Assembly: GCF_037042905.1 (NCBI RefSeq)
Contig: NC_087245.1
Span: forward strand, 28,212,001-28,276,000
Direction: 5' to 3'
DNA length: 64,000 nucleotides
Source: Lytechinus pictus
Lineage: Eukaryota
Shown here: piece by piece, positions 41,286 to 54,439 of the stretch
How positions within the stretch are numbered: position 1 is the stretch's first letter
Layout of the letters: every line of letters begins with the position of its first letter
Position numbers and translations under genes: made by a program
The notes under the pieces: generated by a model
Told to the model about the DNA's origin: nothing
Database searches by the model: none
Seen by the model: the letters and a program-made list of their open reading frames with translations, nothing else

Positions 41286-44200
41286 CTGAAAGATGATAAA
41301 AATCAGGAGAGATGCTTCAGAACTACAATGCAAACACAGTCAATAAAATACAGGTACATTTAAATGTTGTATGTTAAATGCACTGAGTTTGATGACACAA
41401 CTTCAACTCATAGCAATGTTGTCATCAGGATTCAAGCAGCAGCATAAAAAAAGAAGAGATGTCTGTTTCACTTTGAAGAAACAGCTTTCCCAAATAGACT
41501 TTTACATATGTTAGGTTTCATTCCAAAATCAGCACTTATATTGCACCATGTGACCTGTAAATATAAAACCTCATGGCAAAACTAAACTAAATTTTCAATA
41601 CAATTATTCAATTTTCAATTCAAGAGAGTCTGCCAATATGGTGACACAACATTTGCTCTTGTGACATTTGCTATGGTCTTAATATCTCAGAGGGCATAGG
41701 GTTAGAGTAAAGAATGTAATAGAGTTTTTGAATTAAAGATAAGGATTAGGGTTTAATTAGTTTTGGAGGTTAGACTTCAGGTTTGGCTTAAAATGCAGAT
41801 TTTTCATCAGAGCAATTGTCGCTGGAGCAAATGTCATGGAACCGCCAATACATTTGACATTGCCACCTCTCACCTTTCAGCAATATTAAAGAACTGGTCA
41901 GTATGTCGTAACCGACCTCCGACAGCATAGATATAATGATCCATGGCAACCAAGGCTAAACCTGACCTCGCTTTCTCCATCTCCGCCACAAAGTGCCATT
42001 CTTGAGTCTCGGGATCGTAGCACTCGACGCTGGCCCTCTCTGTTCGGTAGCTCTTGTCGTAACCACCTTATTTCAGGAAAAAAACAAGAGGGAATAAAAA
42101 AGGGTAATGGTGACATTGATGATGACGATAATCATCAGAATTATCATGATGATGATGATGAATGTAATCATATTGAAATAGTGATCTCGGTTTAAAATGG
42201 TGATGATGATTGAGATGACAATGATGATGATGGTGATATAAGAGTAATGATAGAGATAATGATGATAAACATGATGATGTTCATGATGACAATTTTATTG
42301 ATGAAAACAATGAATATAGTTGATGAAATTGGAGTTGATGGCGATGATGAATATAATAATGAAGATGATAAAGATGACAATGACGAAGGAGGTAATGATT
42401 ATGATTATGAAAATGATGATGAATAATGATGATGATGACAATGATTATGACAATGATAACAATGATGATGAAGAAGTTACCTAGTCCTTTTGTATCCTCA
42501 TTTGCCTTTATTCTTTATCATTTCATGTATGTAACTTCATTTTTATTCTATATTTAATTAACTCAATAATGAAGATAGATGAATACAATTAAATTGGATT
42601 CAAAGATTAGCATGGTATAGAATACCACCTGTTTATCAAATGACGAACCACCAGCATACCATACCAGCAAAAACTACACATAGATGAAATTAATAGTTAT
42701 ACAAACAGGTCTGGAATATATTACATCTAACCATATTTTATCAATCTGCCCATGATATCAGAATTATTCATGATGACACGCTCTATCTGATCTGATCTGA
42801 TTGACTGATTAAAATAAATTCCATCTGTTGCGTTATCAGTAAACAAAACATATGGACTGCTTCTACCATATGATAGAACAAAAATGCATATGTGGGGGCG
42901 CGGTGGTCGAGTGTTTAAGACTCTTGTTTTTCAATCTGAAGGACATGGGTTTGATTCCAAGCCATGGCATATTTTTCTTCAGCAAGAAATTTACCCATAT
43001 TAAGCTGCACTCAACCCAGGTATAAAGGTAAATGGATACCGGCAAGAAGTAATTCCTCAAAAAGCTGGGCACACCAGAATCGGTAGACTAGCTTTGCCGG
43101 GTTAATATATGAGTGCCTTGAGCACCTAGCAAGGTGGATCCTTATGCTATACAAATCCTATACCATTATTACATGTACAAATAACACCCTTTTTTAATCA
43201 TGTCCTATTCTGTGAGGTACACATCTCAGGGTTTAGTGTCTTCATTATCGGTGACATGACATTTGCTCCTGCTACATTTGCTCCGGTCTTACTATCTCAG
43301 AGGGCATAGGGTTATAGTTAGGATTGTAATAGAGTTTTTGGTTCAGAATAATGTAAAGATAAGGATTAGAGTTTATTTAATTTTGGAGGTTAGGTTTTAT
43401 GTTTGGCTTAACGTGCAGATTTTCAATCAGAGCAATTGTCGGAAGAGCAAATGCCACTCTCTGAACACTAGACTGTAGGTTACCTGCAACATAAAGCTTC
43501 CCGTCGCACACTGCCACACCACACCCACTTCTCCTCTGCTTCATGGAGGGTGCAAAGGTCCAGAAATCATTGCTAGGGTCGTAAACCTCCACTGCATTGT
43601 GACTGGTGTTGTTGTCTTCACCTCCTAATGTACATACACAAGGAAAAAAAATAGGAGGGTAATGAAAATAAAGCCCGGGGGCTCTTTCACAGATTTCACA
43701 AATTGTAAGTCATGCGTATAAAGTGCCAAAACATGTATGATGTGAGATGTGTAATCTCATTTTGAGTAGCTAGCGTCCCCAGAAATGGATGTGAGCACTA
43801 GTCTGCTGGCACAGACCCCGATTGAAACTTTGATCAACATGAGGGTCTTAACATTAAGACTAGCACAAATACAAATTGCCGAGAGGGTCCTTCTGTGCAC
43901 AAGTCACTGCCAGGGAGTTTAGAATGCATTTTCAGACCATTTTCCCTGAGTGAATGGTTTTCACAGCAAACTATTTTACCATTGCAGTGGTACATTATAG
44001 CACATTCAATTTGAAAGCAAATTTACATCACACCTACATGTACATGTAGCTCCTTGTGAATTTGTTAATCGATCCTCACAAGCAGGATGAATGCTTTATG
44101 ATTGTGACCAAAAATAGTGAATAAATCTTTAAAATAACGCCTCTGAATGATGATAACTGTACAAAATCAAATTATATTTTCATGCACATTGTAAACTACA

Positions 44201-44595
44201 TGTACTTTGATTATGGGATGAATAATGGTGAGATCCAGTATATCTGAGAGCCGCTGACAGCAGATGCTTAAAAATTGATAATGCTACCAGGGGAGATCAC
44301 ACATCACCGTTTTAGATGGCATTAGATGGCACTATAGAGTTTGGCCAATTGCTTTCAGTGGGTTACTGTGGTTCACAATTTCTTTGAAATGTGTACTTGC
44401 CTATTAAGCAATATGTGTCTTATTGTAACCCCATGAAAAAAAACGGTCACACTCTGTAATAAGATGCTCTGATTGCTTAATAGAGACATCTGTATTAAGC
44501 CCCTTATAAATTCTATAATTATTATTAGTAGTAATAGTATTATTATCAGTATTAGTACCATTATTATTATTGTTATCATTGTTATTATTGTAATT

Positions 44596-44629
<34 letters not shown>

Positions 44630-47600
44630 CCATCACCAATTTTGGGGGCGAATTGACGCAAACTATCATCTCAGCCAGCAATGTGTGATTTGCCCCTTAA
44701 GGCAAAAACTGATCTGAAAAAACTGCTCACAGTTTTCACATCCAATGAATCATGTTTGAAATGAAAGCGAGACATATCTGATTATAGTTTGATCTTTTCA
44801 AGCATCCCAATTTAAAGATGATTCACACATGTATGCCTCTAGTGCAGTCTAATGATCTATTAATCCTGATGCATAAGCGAAACCATCAAAACCTTTTTGT
44901 AAGCCTATTATAAATATCAAAGGGCATAAACCCGGAATCTCATTAGTAAAAACGACTGATCAAATACCCACAGCTGTGAAATGGGTGATGATCTTTATTT
45001 TCAAACTAATAGAAAGGTTAATCATGTTTTTTAGAAAGACTGATTAAAATTTGCATGTGTCAATATTTCAGGGTAAAAGAAATAATGAATGACATCACCA
45101 ACTCTCTCAATGCCTATCACTGGGTTGTAGCTATTTTGTGAGATATATGCAAAATTCTTAAATGTCATAACATTCCTATTTTCATCAAATTTTGATAGAA
45201 TTTTCAGTGTTATACGTGTTTGATTTTTATATTTTTATTCAAATGTATTTGGGGGAAGGGGGGGGGGGAGTGAACTTGTTCTGTGAATTTCAATGCCAAA
45301 TGAGTCTGGCCCATATGTCTAGGTACACATGCGCAGTCACACACTCCATCCACCCACTAGTGCACACAAATATATCCAGGGGAGTGATACATGAAGATTT
45401 TTATCAGTGATTTTCATCAACACATGTTAAAAGCTACTGAAAATTCTTGCATCTGATTGGCTGAGAGCAAATAAGTCAGTGAGAACCCCTGACAAACTAA
45501 TCATGATAGGCTCTCCTGGTGTGGATTCTCATCTAATTAATCTAATTAATATTTCACTTCAAACTGTGATCATGATTTAAAGGTAAAAAAAGAAATTGTG
45601 TTTCATTGTTATTGTAAGAAAGTTACAAAACAAATAACCTTTTATCATAACATTTATGAGGCGCCGAATGTACCATTATTATATAGAACAATTATTTGTT
45701 ATATAATCATTATTTATTAAATAATAACTATTATTTATATATAATTTACATTTTATTTGTAAATAACTACTATTATATAAAATATCATTTCTAATTATTT
45801 ATATATAATTCCAAGTAATACTTCATTATTTGTAAATAATAATAGTTCGACATTCCATTATTTATAAATAATGATTATTTGTTTTTCATTATTTATAAAT
45901 AATGATTATTTGTTTTTCATTATTTATAAATAATGATTATTTGTTTTTCATTATTTATAAATAATGATTATTTGTTTTTCATTATTTATAAATAATGATT
46001 ATTTGTTTTTCATTATTTACAAATAATGATTATTTGTTTTTCATTATTTATAAATAATGATTATTTGTTTTTCATTATTTATAAATAATTTGTTGAGTTT
46101 TTCATTATTTATAAATAATGATTATTTGTTAAATAATGAAAACGTCTACTTCATTATTTATAAATAATTTTTTCGAGTGCACCATTATTCTCATTATTTA
46201 TAAATAATCATTATTTAATGTTCGAGTTTTCCATTATTTATAAATAAAGATTATTTGTTAAATAATGAAATATCTACTTCATTATTTATAAATAATAATT
46301 TTGTTTCAATATCCCATTATTTATAAATAATCATTATTTATAAACAATTTTTACAGTTTGCCATTATATACAAATAATCATTATTTATATACAAATAACC
46401 ATTATTTATTAAATAATGCCATTATTTATTAAATAATGCCATTATTTATTAAATAATGCCATTATTTATTAAATAATGCCATTATTTATTAAATAATGCC
46501 ATTATTTATTAAATAATGGAAAACTCGCTATAACATGCAAATGTGGGACCGCCCATGATATGAATATTCATGATGCGATTTCCTTTTTCGTGATTTTTCT
46601 TCACAAATTTTTGTCCATTTCCTCTTCATAATGACATTTCTTGAAGCAATTTTCTAGGGATATGGTCTGATTGTAATATTCTTCATTTTCTATATAACTT
46701 CGTCTTCGTAGAAATATCAAAAAGTGTAATTTTATACGATTTTTCCTACAGTTCACAATCCCCATAGCCGCGCCTGTACGGTAGGGACAACCGGTGAATC
46801 GACGGAGTGCTCTTCATCGAAATACTACGTTGGTTGGTCCCCGGAAGTGGCGGGCGGAATTTAGCCCGAATCCTCGATGGAAGTCGATCAAGTGCATATG
46901 AGCTGAGAGAGTGAAATATCAGTGTACTTGTACAGGCCCTTCTACTTTTTATAAATATTTCTTGTTGCTTTTTTTGTTAAGTTAATTTTTCCTGGTGTAG
47001 AGATAAGTTTCAGTTCTAATAATGCACTTCAAATACATTTTGGAGTGTCTGTTTGAGGCGTTTGGGGCGATTTCACCCTGGCCCCAAAATGCTCGCAACG
47101 ACAATACGGGGGCATGATGACCCCTAAATTTTTAAAAACTTATTTTTCTATTGAAAATTATCACAAAATTCACCAAAAGTGTGCACGAAAGCCTTCGTAT
47201 TTCACTTTTAAAACTCCAAAAAGTGCCCAAATGACAAGCTTGGTCGCTTCGCTGTGTCGCTTTCAACTTGAGAACGTTTACGCGTCTGCTCCCCCCCCCC
47301 CCCTCCTCCGAAAGAAATTCTGTATACGGCCATGCTCTAAAGAGCCTGGCACATTGATTTATGTATACTTTCATTTTCATTATTTTTATCTCATTATCAA
47401 CATGGCCTTACGCAGAATTTTTTCCAGGGGGGCCGGGGCCGGAGCATGACGCGCGTAAACTTTCTCAAAAAAATCTTGAAAGCGAGACAGCCACGGGACG
47501 CAAGCCCAAATGACAAGCTTTGTCGCTTCGCTGTCTCGCTTTCAACTTGAGAACGTTTACACGCGTCTGCCCCCCGGGGGGGGCACTCGACCAAAAAAGT

Positions 47601-50600
47601 GGTAGGGGTGTGCCGCGGGCGAGACAAAAAACGGGGGCCTTGGAGCGGGCGAATTGTAAAAAGGAGGGTCCTCGGAACGGGCTTCGAAACTACAAATGTT
47701 TGTGAAAACGGGGGTCCTTGGAACGGGTCGCCTGCTTGCGAGTGCGTATGCATCCCTATGGAACGTGCATGCAGCTAGCCCGGCGGCACGACTGACGGGC
47801 GTGCTAGCGCAGAGGCGATGGTCGGACAGCGAGCTGCGGCCGCTTTTCACCAAAATTGCGACCGGAACGGCGTACCGGAAAATATGCGAAGCCCTGGAGC
47901 GGATTTTTTTCCTCTTTTTTCTCGAGAAGAAGAAAATGCTATGCTTTGGAGCGGCTTTCTTTGTTCTTTTTCTCAATAAGACAAAAATGCTATGCCTCGG
48001 AACGGAAATTTGAGTGTAAAAATGGGGGTCCCCTCCGCGGCACATACCCACTATGCATTATATACTGAGTGCCCCCCCCGGGGTCTGCCCCCACCCCCCG
48101 AAAGAAATTCTGTGAACAGCCATGCTCAAAAGAGCATATGGCACATTGATTTATATGTACTTTTCATTTTCATTATTTTTATCACATTATCATCATGGCC
48201 TTACACAGAATTTTTACCGGGGGGGGGGGGGGGGGGGCAGCTAGGACGCGCGTAAAGTTTCTCAAAAAAATCTTGAAAGCGAGACAGCGACGCGACCAAG
48301 CTCAAATGACAAGCTTGGTCGCTTCGCTTTCTCAAGATTTTTATGAGAAAGTTTACGCGCGTCCTGCTCCCCCCACCCCCCCCCCCCCCCCCCCGGAAAA
48401 AATTCTGCGTAAGGCCATGATGATAATGAGATAAAAATAATGAAAATGAAGTATACATAAATCAATGTGCCAGGCTCTTTAGAGCATCGCCGTATACAGA
48501 ATTTCTTTCGGAGGAGGGGGGGGGGGGGGGGGGGGGAAGCAGACGCGTAAACGTTCTCAAGTTGAAAGCGACACAGCGAAGCGACCAAGCTTGTCATTTG
48601 GGCACTTTTTGGAGTTTTAAAAGTGAAATACGAAGGCTTTCGTGCACACTTTTGGTGAATTTTGTGATAATTTTCAATAGAAAAATAAGTTTTTAAAAAA
48701 TTAGGGGTCATCATGCCCCCGTATTGTCGTTGCGAGCATTTTGGGGCCAGGGTGAAATCGCCCCAAACGCCTCAAACAGACACTCCAAAATGTATTTGAA
48801 GTGCATTATTAGAACTGAAACTTATCTCTACACCAGGAAAAATTAACTTAACAAAAAAAGCAACAAGAAATATTTATAAAAAGTAGAAGGGCCTGTACAA
48901 GTACACTGATATTTCACTCTCTCAGCTCATATGCACTTGATCGACTTCCATCGAGGATTCGGGCTAAATTCCGCCCGCCACTTCCGGGGACCAACCAACG
49001 TAGTATTTCGATGAAGAGCACTCCGTCGATTCACCGGTTGTCCCTACCGTACACGCACGCCTATGGGGATTGTGAACTGTAGGAAAAATCGTATAAAATT
49101 ACACTTTTTGATATTTCTACGAAGACGAAGTTATATAGAAAATGAAGAATATTACAATCAGACCATATCCCTAGAAAATTGCTTCAAGAAATGTCATTAT
49201 GAAGAGGAAATGGACAAAAATTTGTGAAGAAAAATCACGAAAAAGGAAATCGCATCATGAATATTCATATCATGGGCGGTCCCACATTTGCATGTTATAG
49301 CGAGTTTTCCATTATTTAATAAATAATGGCATTATTTAATAAATAATGGCATTATTTAATAAATAATGGCATTATTTAATAAATAATGGTTATTTGTATA
49401 TAAATAATGATTATTTGTATATAATGGCAAACTGTAAAAATTGTTTATAAATAATGATTATTTATAAATAATGGGATATTGAAACAAAATTATTATTTAT
49501 AAATAATGAAGTAGATATTTCATTATTTAACAAATAATCTTTATTTATAAATAATGGAAAACTCGAACATTAAATAATGATTATTTATAAATAATGAGAA
49601 TAATGGTGCACTCGAAAAAATTATTTATAAATAATGAAGTAGACGTTTTCATTATTTAACAAATAATCATTATTTATAAATAATGAAAAACTCAACAAAT
49701 TATTTATAAATAATGAAAAACAAATAATCATTATTTATAAATAATGAAAAACAAATAATCATTATTTGTAAATAATGAAAAACAAATAATCATTATTTAT
49801 AAATAATGAAAAACAAATAATCATTATTTATAAATAATGAAAAACAAATAATCATTATTTATAAATAATGAAAAACAAATAATCATTATTTATAAATAAT
49901 GAAAAACAAATAATCATTATTTATAAATAATGGAATGTCAAACTATTATTATTTACAAATAATGAAGTATTACTTGGAATTATATATAAATAATTAGAAA
50001 TGATATTTTATATAATAGTAGTTATTTACAAATAAAATGTAAATTATATATAAATAATAGTTATTATTTAATAAATAATGATTATATAACAAATAATTGT
50101 TCTATATAATAATGGTACATTCGGCGCCTCATAAACATTCAGTATGGTACTGTTTGATCTACAAGATTCAATGCAAAAAAAAGATATTGAAACAATGCAA
50201 CTTTTTAACAAAGCACATTTTGCATTAAATGGGAAAGTTTTAAGAAGTAAAATTATTTCAAGTTTTGCCAGGAATACTAAAATCAGAATTCTGCTTTGCT
50301 GAAAGCCATGTGATCAGAGTGAAGTCAAATTGACTTCAACTTGTAGCCAACGATGACGCTATTACGATTTGGAATTGAATTAGCTTTATTCCTACATGTA
50401 CATGAAGGCTCAAAATATGCTGGAATTTTGATTTCAGTATTCCTATCGCTGTTTGGAAGTTTGATCATTTAAGATTTTACAGGTTTGAATGTTCAAGTGC
50501 TTTTACAGTTTCTTTGAAAATAGCCACACTACAATCACAGTTCTATATATAGAGAGCGCATTTGGCAAAAAAAATTGATGTGCACACTGGCATGCAACGC

Positions 50601-53600
50601 GATTGCACTATCTGACTGCAACAAGTGGCCCATTGTATATCAGTGCAAATCTCATCACAAGTCAGCACACACGTTGTAACAACTCAGCAAAATGCGACAT
50701 CTCAATGGCACCTCCTCTTTTACCCATATGTCGACTCTCGACTGCGATGCAGCAGCACAGTAAATTGGTTGTGACATTATCGTCTAGGACAAAATCTGAT
50801 TGTGGATGACATTAAAATCGCAGAAGATTTGACATGTGGAATCTCAGTGATTCGGTCTGCAATTCTTCTGCAACAAATCAGATCACCTTTGCAGCATGTT
50901 GCAGGTTGCGCACACTCTACAATTTTGTTGCAATCGGATCTTAGTACAACTGCGTCACAAAATGTGCTTTAGAATGAGGACTCCTTACCACACATGACTA
51001 CTCACCTAGTGCATACAGAAGACCACCAAGGCTGGACACTGCGACGAAGGACCTCGGCACACCCAGACAGGCACCAGGGTTCCAACGTTTCAACAATGGG
51101 TTGTAACATTCTACTTGACCTAGGTACATGGTGTCATCGTCATGGGAACCGTTGAAGGCACACTCACCACCGATGGTGTAGAGGTGGCCATCCAGGGTAG
51201 CCACACCTACTGCTGTTCTGGAGATTTCCATGCTCTCCTGAAGATGAGTTAGAAAATGAAAAACACCCCACGTTGAGATTTTCTGCCCAACTTTGGCAAA
51301 AGGAAGCAAGTGAAACATCAGTCAAATTTGAGTTATTGTTGTTTCTGAAACACCCTTTGTATGTTGCACGTTCAGGCAAACTTTGGGGAAGAAATGATCG
51401 CTCTATGGAAAGATATTGAAGAAAATATGCTGTTAAATTTAATTGATGCCTATGTAAATGATGAACACACATTGCTCATTTACAAAAAATGATCCTTAAT
51501 ACAACTTCAGCTTTCAGATGGATGGTTGCTTTCTTAGTGATATTCAACAGGAAACACTGAATAAAAGTACAGTGATGGTGCATTCTATAAAATAGTAATG
51601 GACACTTAAACCATGACCATAGTCCAGTTTTGCAATAACCTCCAAAATCATAGCTGCTACTTTAGGGACTGAGGGAGGGGGGTGGGCAGACTGTCCACCC
51701 CCTGCCCCCTGACAGATACCTTTTTTCTTCTTTCTTTTTCATTGCTTGTACTTTTTTTTTTAACAGGAAAAAAGTGTTTCTGGAAATGGTAGTGACCCTT
51801 GACTTCTTTTTTTAGGTCATCAAAAATTGTTTGCCCCTCTTCATGAGGATATCCAGAAACACCATTACTCATAGCGAATGGACATTAATTCATCCAAGAT
51901 TTTAATTTCAAGGAATAAACAAGGAAAAGTGAATACATATTATACCGTCAAATCCACTGTGTGAACAAAGCATTATTTAAAATTCTCATACCTGCTCATT
52001 CTCACAAACAAATGTCTGTGGTTATTGGGTGGCCATGTCCAAACTCATTTTGGGTCTTTTCTTACTTTGGTGAAATACCAATAAACTTTGTAATTTTGTC
52101 TTAACTCAATGACTATCCTTACCTGAGGTATCCATCTATTGTGAACTGCATCATATCTCTCACAGCTACTCAGCTGACAATCCAAGTCATTCCTTCCTCC
52201 AACGACATAGATACTCTGTGGTTGAGACCTGCTACCAATCAATGCCAATGCCTGGTTATCATTCCTAATCCTCAAGGCATTTGCCACCTGATCCTGGCAC
52301 TTAGTACAACGATTGATCAGTTCAGACCTGTAGACGTTCTCCAAGAGGTAGTCCTTCCCTAGAAGCGCAAAGCGGACATTCTCCAACACGCTGCAGCAGC
52401 AATGGCTGCGGTTACGGAGGTCATAGTTCAGCCATGAAATGGCAGCCTCGTAGACTTCCTCCTCTCCGTCGACCTGGAGCTGGTCGCTCTTTAGCAGGTC
52501 GACGACGTCCTGTTCAGGCATGAGGAAGAATTCTTCAGTCCCAACAACTTCCTGGAAGTGTTGGTAGATGAATCGACGGGAGGCATTCTCAAGGTCTCGA
52601 CAAGAATACATGTCAGCGAAAGAGTGAATTCCTATAAAGACAAAGAAAAATTACAAATAGACATCATAAGATATCATATCCTTCTAAAAATTCATTAACA
52701 ATTTAAAAATAACATCATTATTTGTTTTCATAGGAATCACCTCATGATTTTGCCAATGTATATAGAAGGGGTTCTAATGCTGCACACCCGATTTCCCATA
52801 AAATAAATAACACTCTCTGTGCACTAATTTCTTAGATCAAATTAATGTAGGAAAATATGGAACTCAAGAGAAAAAATGCAAACATTCACAGTTTTTCTAT
52901 GATTATTGTGATTTATTGCAGCCTCTATGGAAAATCTGAACAGGGATCATTTCATTTGCCATTGAAATTGATATGTAATGAGAGGGGTGTAGCTACATGT
53001 ACAGGACCTACGTAGCAAATTGGACCTTACCATAACAGAAAATAATTGACTTACCAAGGCAGTTACTGGCATCAAGTTGTGACTGTAAGAATGTACTACA
53101 CACATTACGAAGACTACCCATGTTCAACATGCTGGCCCCAGCGAGCACAATCTGAACGTTCTCTACATCAATCTCAATTGTACCCGTGTAGATAAAGTTC
53201 AAGATGATTTCCATGGCAACGGGGTCGATGCCGCGTATCTCCACATGACTTTTTGCCGACTCCAGCATGCCGTTGGTGAACATGGCTCGAAGGTACGGGG
53301 AGCAGCCCGCAAGAACGATCCGGTGGGCATGGAATTCCTGGTCCTCCACACAGAGGACGATATCACAAAGTTCATGTTTACGCCGGAGATCATTCATAAC
53401 CTGAATATCAGATAAGAACAGAAGAAAAATTATGTCAGTGATTACTCACTTTAGCTTTATTAACACTATCATTTATCCACTATTCTAAATCGAAATTCAT
53501 GCAGCCTCTAAAGCGAAATACACATTGTAAAAAATTCAAGGGTGAATGGGGAAATTTCTTTTTTTCAATGACTTCATGCGCTAATGGTTCCTTAGAAAGA

Positions 53601-54439
53601 CCAGCATACATTTGATGTATGTTTATATTAATATTCATCAGTTTTTTCATAATAAAGAAATAATTGTCAATGTACTTTAATATAAAGTCAAAGGGCTTGA
53701 GGAAATGTGGGACACAGGGAATTTTCTGTTATTTTCAATGACTTCATGCACTACTGGTTCCTTAGAAAAACCAGCATATATTTGATGTATACAAATATTG
53801 ATCAGTTTTTCAGAAAAACAAATAACTGTCGATGTACTTTAATAAATCAAAAGGCTTGAGGGAAGCCATAATCATTTATAGTCGTTTTTAGAACAACATG
53901 ATCACCAGAATACTTGTAAAAATGTACAAGAACTTTATAAGGACACAAAATACCCGATAATCATTCTTCGCATTCACACCAACTCCAAGCAGACCCTTTT
54001 GCACCATGGTCTGATTAGCAGGCAAGATATGCAAGACAAAATTGCTAGCTCCGCAACGCACATTGTGGGTCTAAAAAGCACTATTCGCTGGGTTGAGAAA
54101 GTTCACATAACTTGCTTTTCACACTGTGAGAATACCTGCAACCTCGAAATGTTCTTGCAACATTGACAAGTACATGCTATTTATTTATTCTTTTTTTTCG
54201 GGGGGGGGGGGGGGGGAGATAATACCAGTATTTTGCTTTCACATAGGAAAAGATACCTAATATTTTCTGACTGGGGTAGATCAGGGTAAATTTCCTTGAT
54301 AAGATGATACCTGGTATTCTTGAACTTCAAGTTAATCTGAATATGGCTTTTTTATAAACTTGATCTCCAGGAAATCTTGACTTACTTGAAAGGCACTGTT
54401 GATGTGCACCGTGATGGTATACGTCCTTGAGTGAATCAT
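41063..54439 (-). CDS. Kelch-like (BTB/POZ-BACK-6x Kelch) protein, 565 aa, probable Cul3 substrate adaptor; coding exons 54439-54386, 53400-53055, 52631-52123, 51237-51006, 43624-43484, 42066-41874, 41285-41063
   Basis: The exons sum to 1698 nt with consistent phases (0,1,0,1,1,2) and GT..AG introns. Translation gives MIHSRTYTITVHINSAFQ|VMNDLRRKHELCDIVLCVEDQEFHAHRIVLAGCSPYLRAMF (BTB), NCLG|IHSFADMYSC...EEEVYEAAISWLNYD (BACK), then six GG...Y..W Kelch blades ending RAGCGAAVV*. I cannot assign an orthologue by eye. Confidence 0.95.
41640..41843. mobile_element. ~200-bp MITE with GG..CC termini and ~8-bp TSD; second copy at ~43250-43455
   Basis: GGTGACA..ACATTTGCTC / GAGCAAATGTCATGGAACC; flanks GCCAATAT and GCCAATAC. 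Confidence 0.7.
41874..42066 (-). CDS. Kelch gene exon, Kelch repeat 4 and start of 5 (coding frame missed by the ORF track)
   Basis: aataag|GTGGTTAC ... GCTGAAAG|gtgag; encodes GYDKSYRTERASVECYDPETQEWHFVAEMEKARSGLALVAMDHYIYAVGGRLRHTDQFFNIAE. Confidence 0.94.
42115..42475. repeat. Degenerate (GAT)n microsatellite in a Kelch intron
   Basis: gatgatgat/gataat runs. Confidence 0.9.
42894..43170 (+). mobile_element. tRNA-derived SINE
   Basis: TGGTCGAGTG..GGTTTGATTCC, same core, attatt tail. Confidence 0.85.
43484..43624 (-). CDS. Kelch gene exon, Kelch repeat 3
   Basis: cattag|GAGGTGAA ... GTTGCAG|gtaac; encodes GEDNNTSHNAVEVYDPSNDFWTFAPSMKQRRSGCGVAVCDGKLYVA. Confidence 0.95.
44515..44640. repeat. 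(ATT)n/(ATC)n microsatellite
   Basis: attattatt..catcatcatc. Confidence 0.9.
45856..46518. repeat. Subterminal tandem arrays of the foldback: 31-bp unit x7 (from 45856) and 20-bp unit x6 (46399-46518); mirrored at ~49309-49932
   Basis: Units cattatttataaataatgattatttgttttt and ccattatttattaaataatg; the core CATTATTTATAAATAATG is palindromic. Confidence 0.9.
47573..48082 (+). mobile_element. ~510-bp MITE with CCCGGGGGGGGCACTC termini and 8-bp TSD, nested in the foldback
   Basis: TSD GTCTGCCC at 47565-47572 and 48083-48090; closely similar to 29019-29523. Confidence 0.92.
51006..51237 (-). CDS. Kelch gene exon, Kelch repeats 1-2
   Basis: cttcag|GAGAGCATG ... GCACTAG|gtgag; encodes LYTIGGEC..VECYNPLLKRW..PRSFVAV..LYALG. 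Confidence 0.96.
52123..52631 (-). CDS. Kelch gene exon, BACK domain and start of Kelch repeat 1
   Basis: tttatag|GAATTCAC ... CCTCAG|gtaag; encodes HFQEVVGTEEFF..LLKSDQL..EEEVYEA..W..VRFALL. Confidence 0.97.
53055..53400 (-). CDS. Kelch gene exon, BTB domain
   Basis: ttcag|GTTATGAAT ... TGCCTTG|gtaag; canonical BTB motif CDIVL..FHAHRIVLA.CSPY.RAMF. Confidence 0.97.

Larger units (their letters stand above)
45655..50133. mobile_element. 4.5-kb non-autonomous foldback DNA transposon (TATG..CATA termini, 6-bp TSD; IS3EU-like) in Kelch intron 4
   Basis: AACATT at 45649-45654 and 50134-50139. The arms 45655-~47479 and ~48332-50133 are near-identical reverse complements. No transposase ORF. Confidence 0.9.

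Noticed and set aside
44373..44688. Poly-Met/Ile/Asp ORFs (also 42192-42380)
   Set aside because: They are trinucleotide microsatellites within introns.
41063..54439. Assigning a specific KLHL or IPP gene symbol
   Set aside because: The architecture is shared by many paralogues, so assignment needs a phylogeny.
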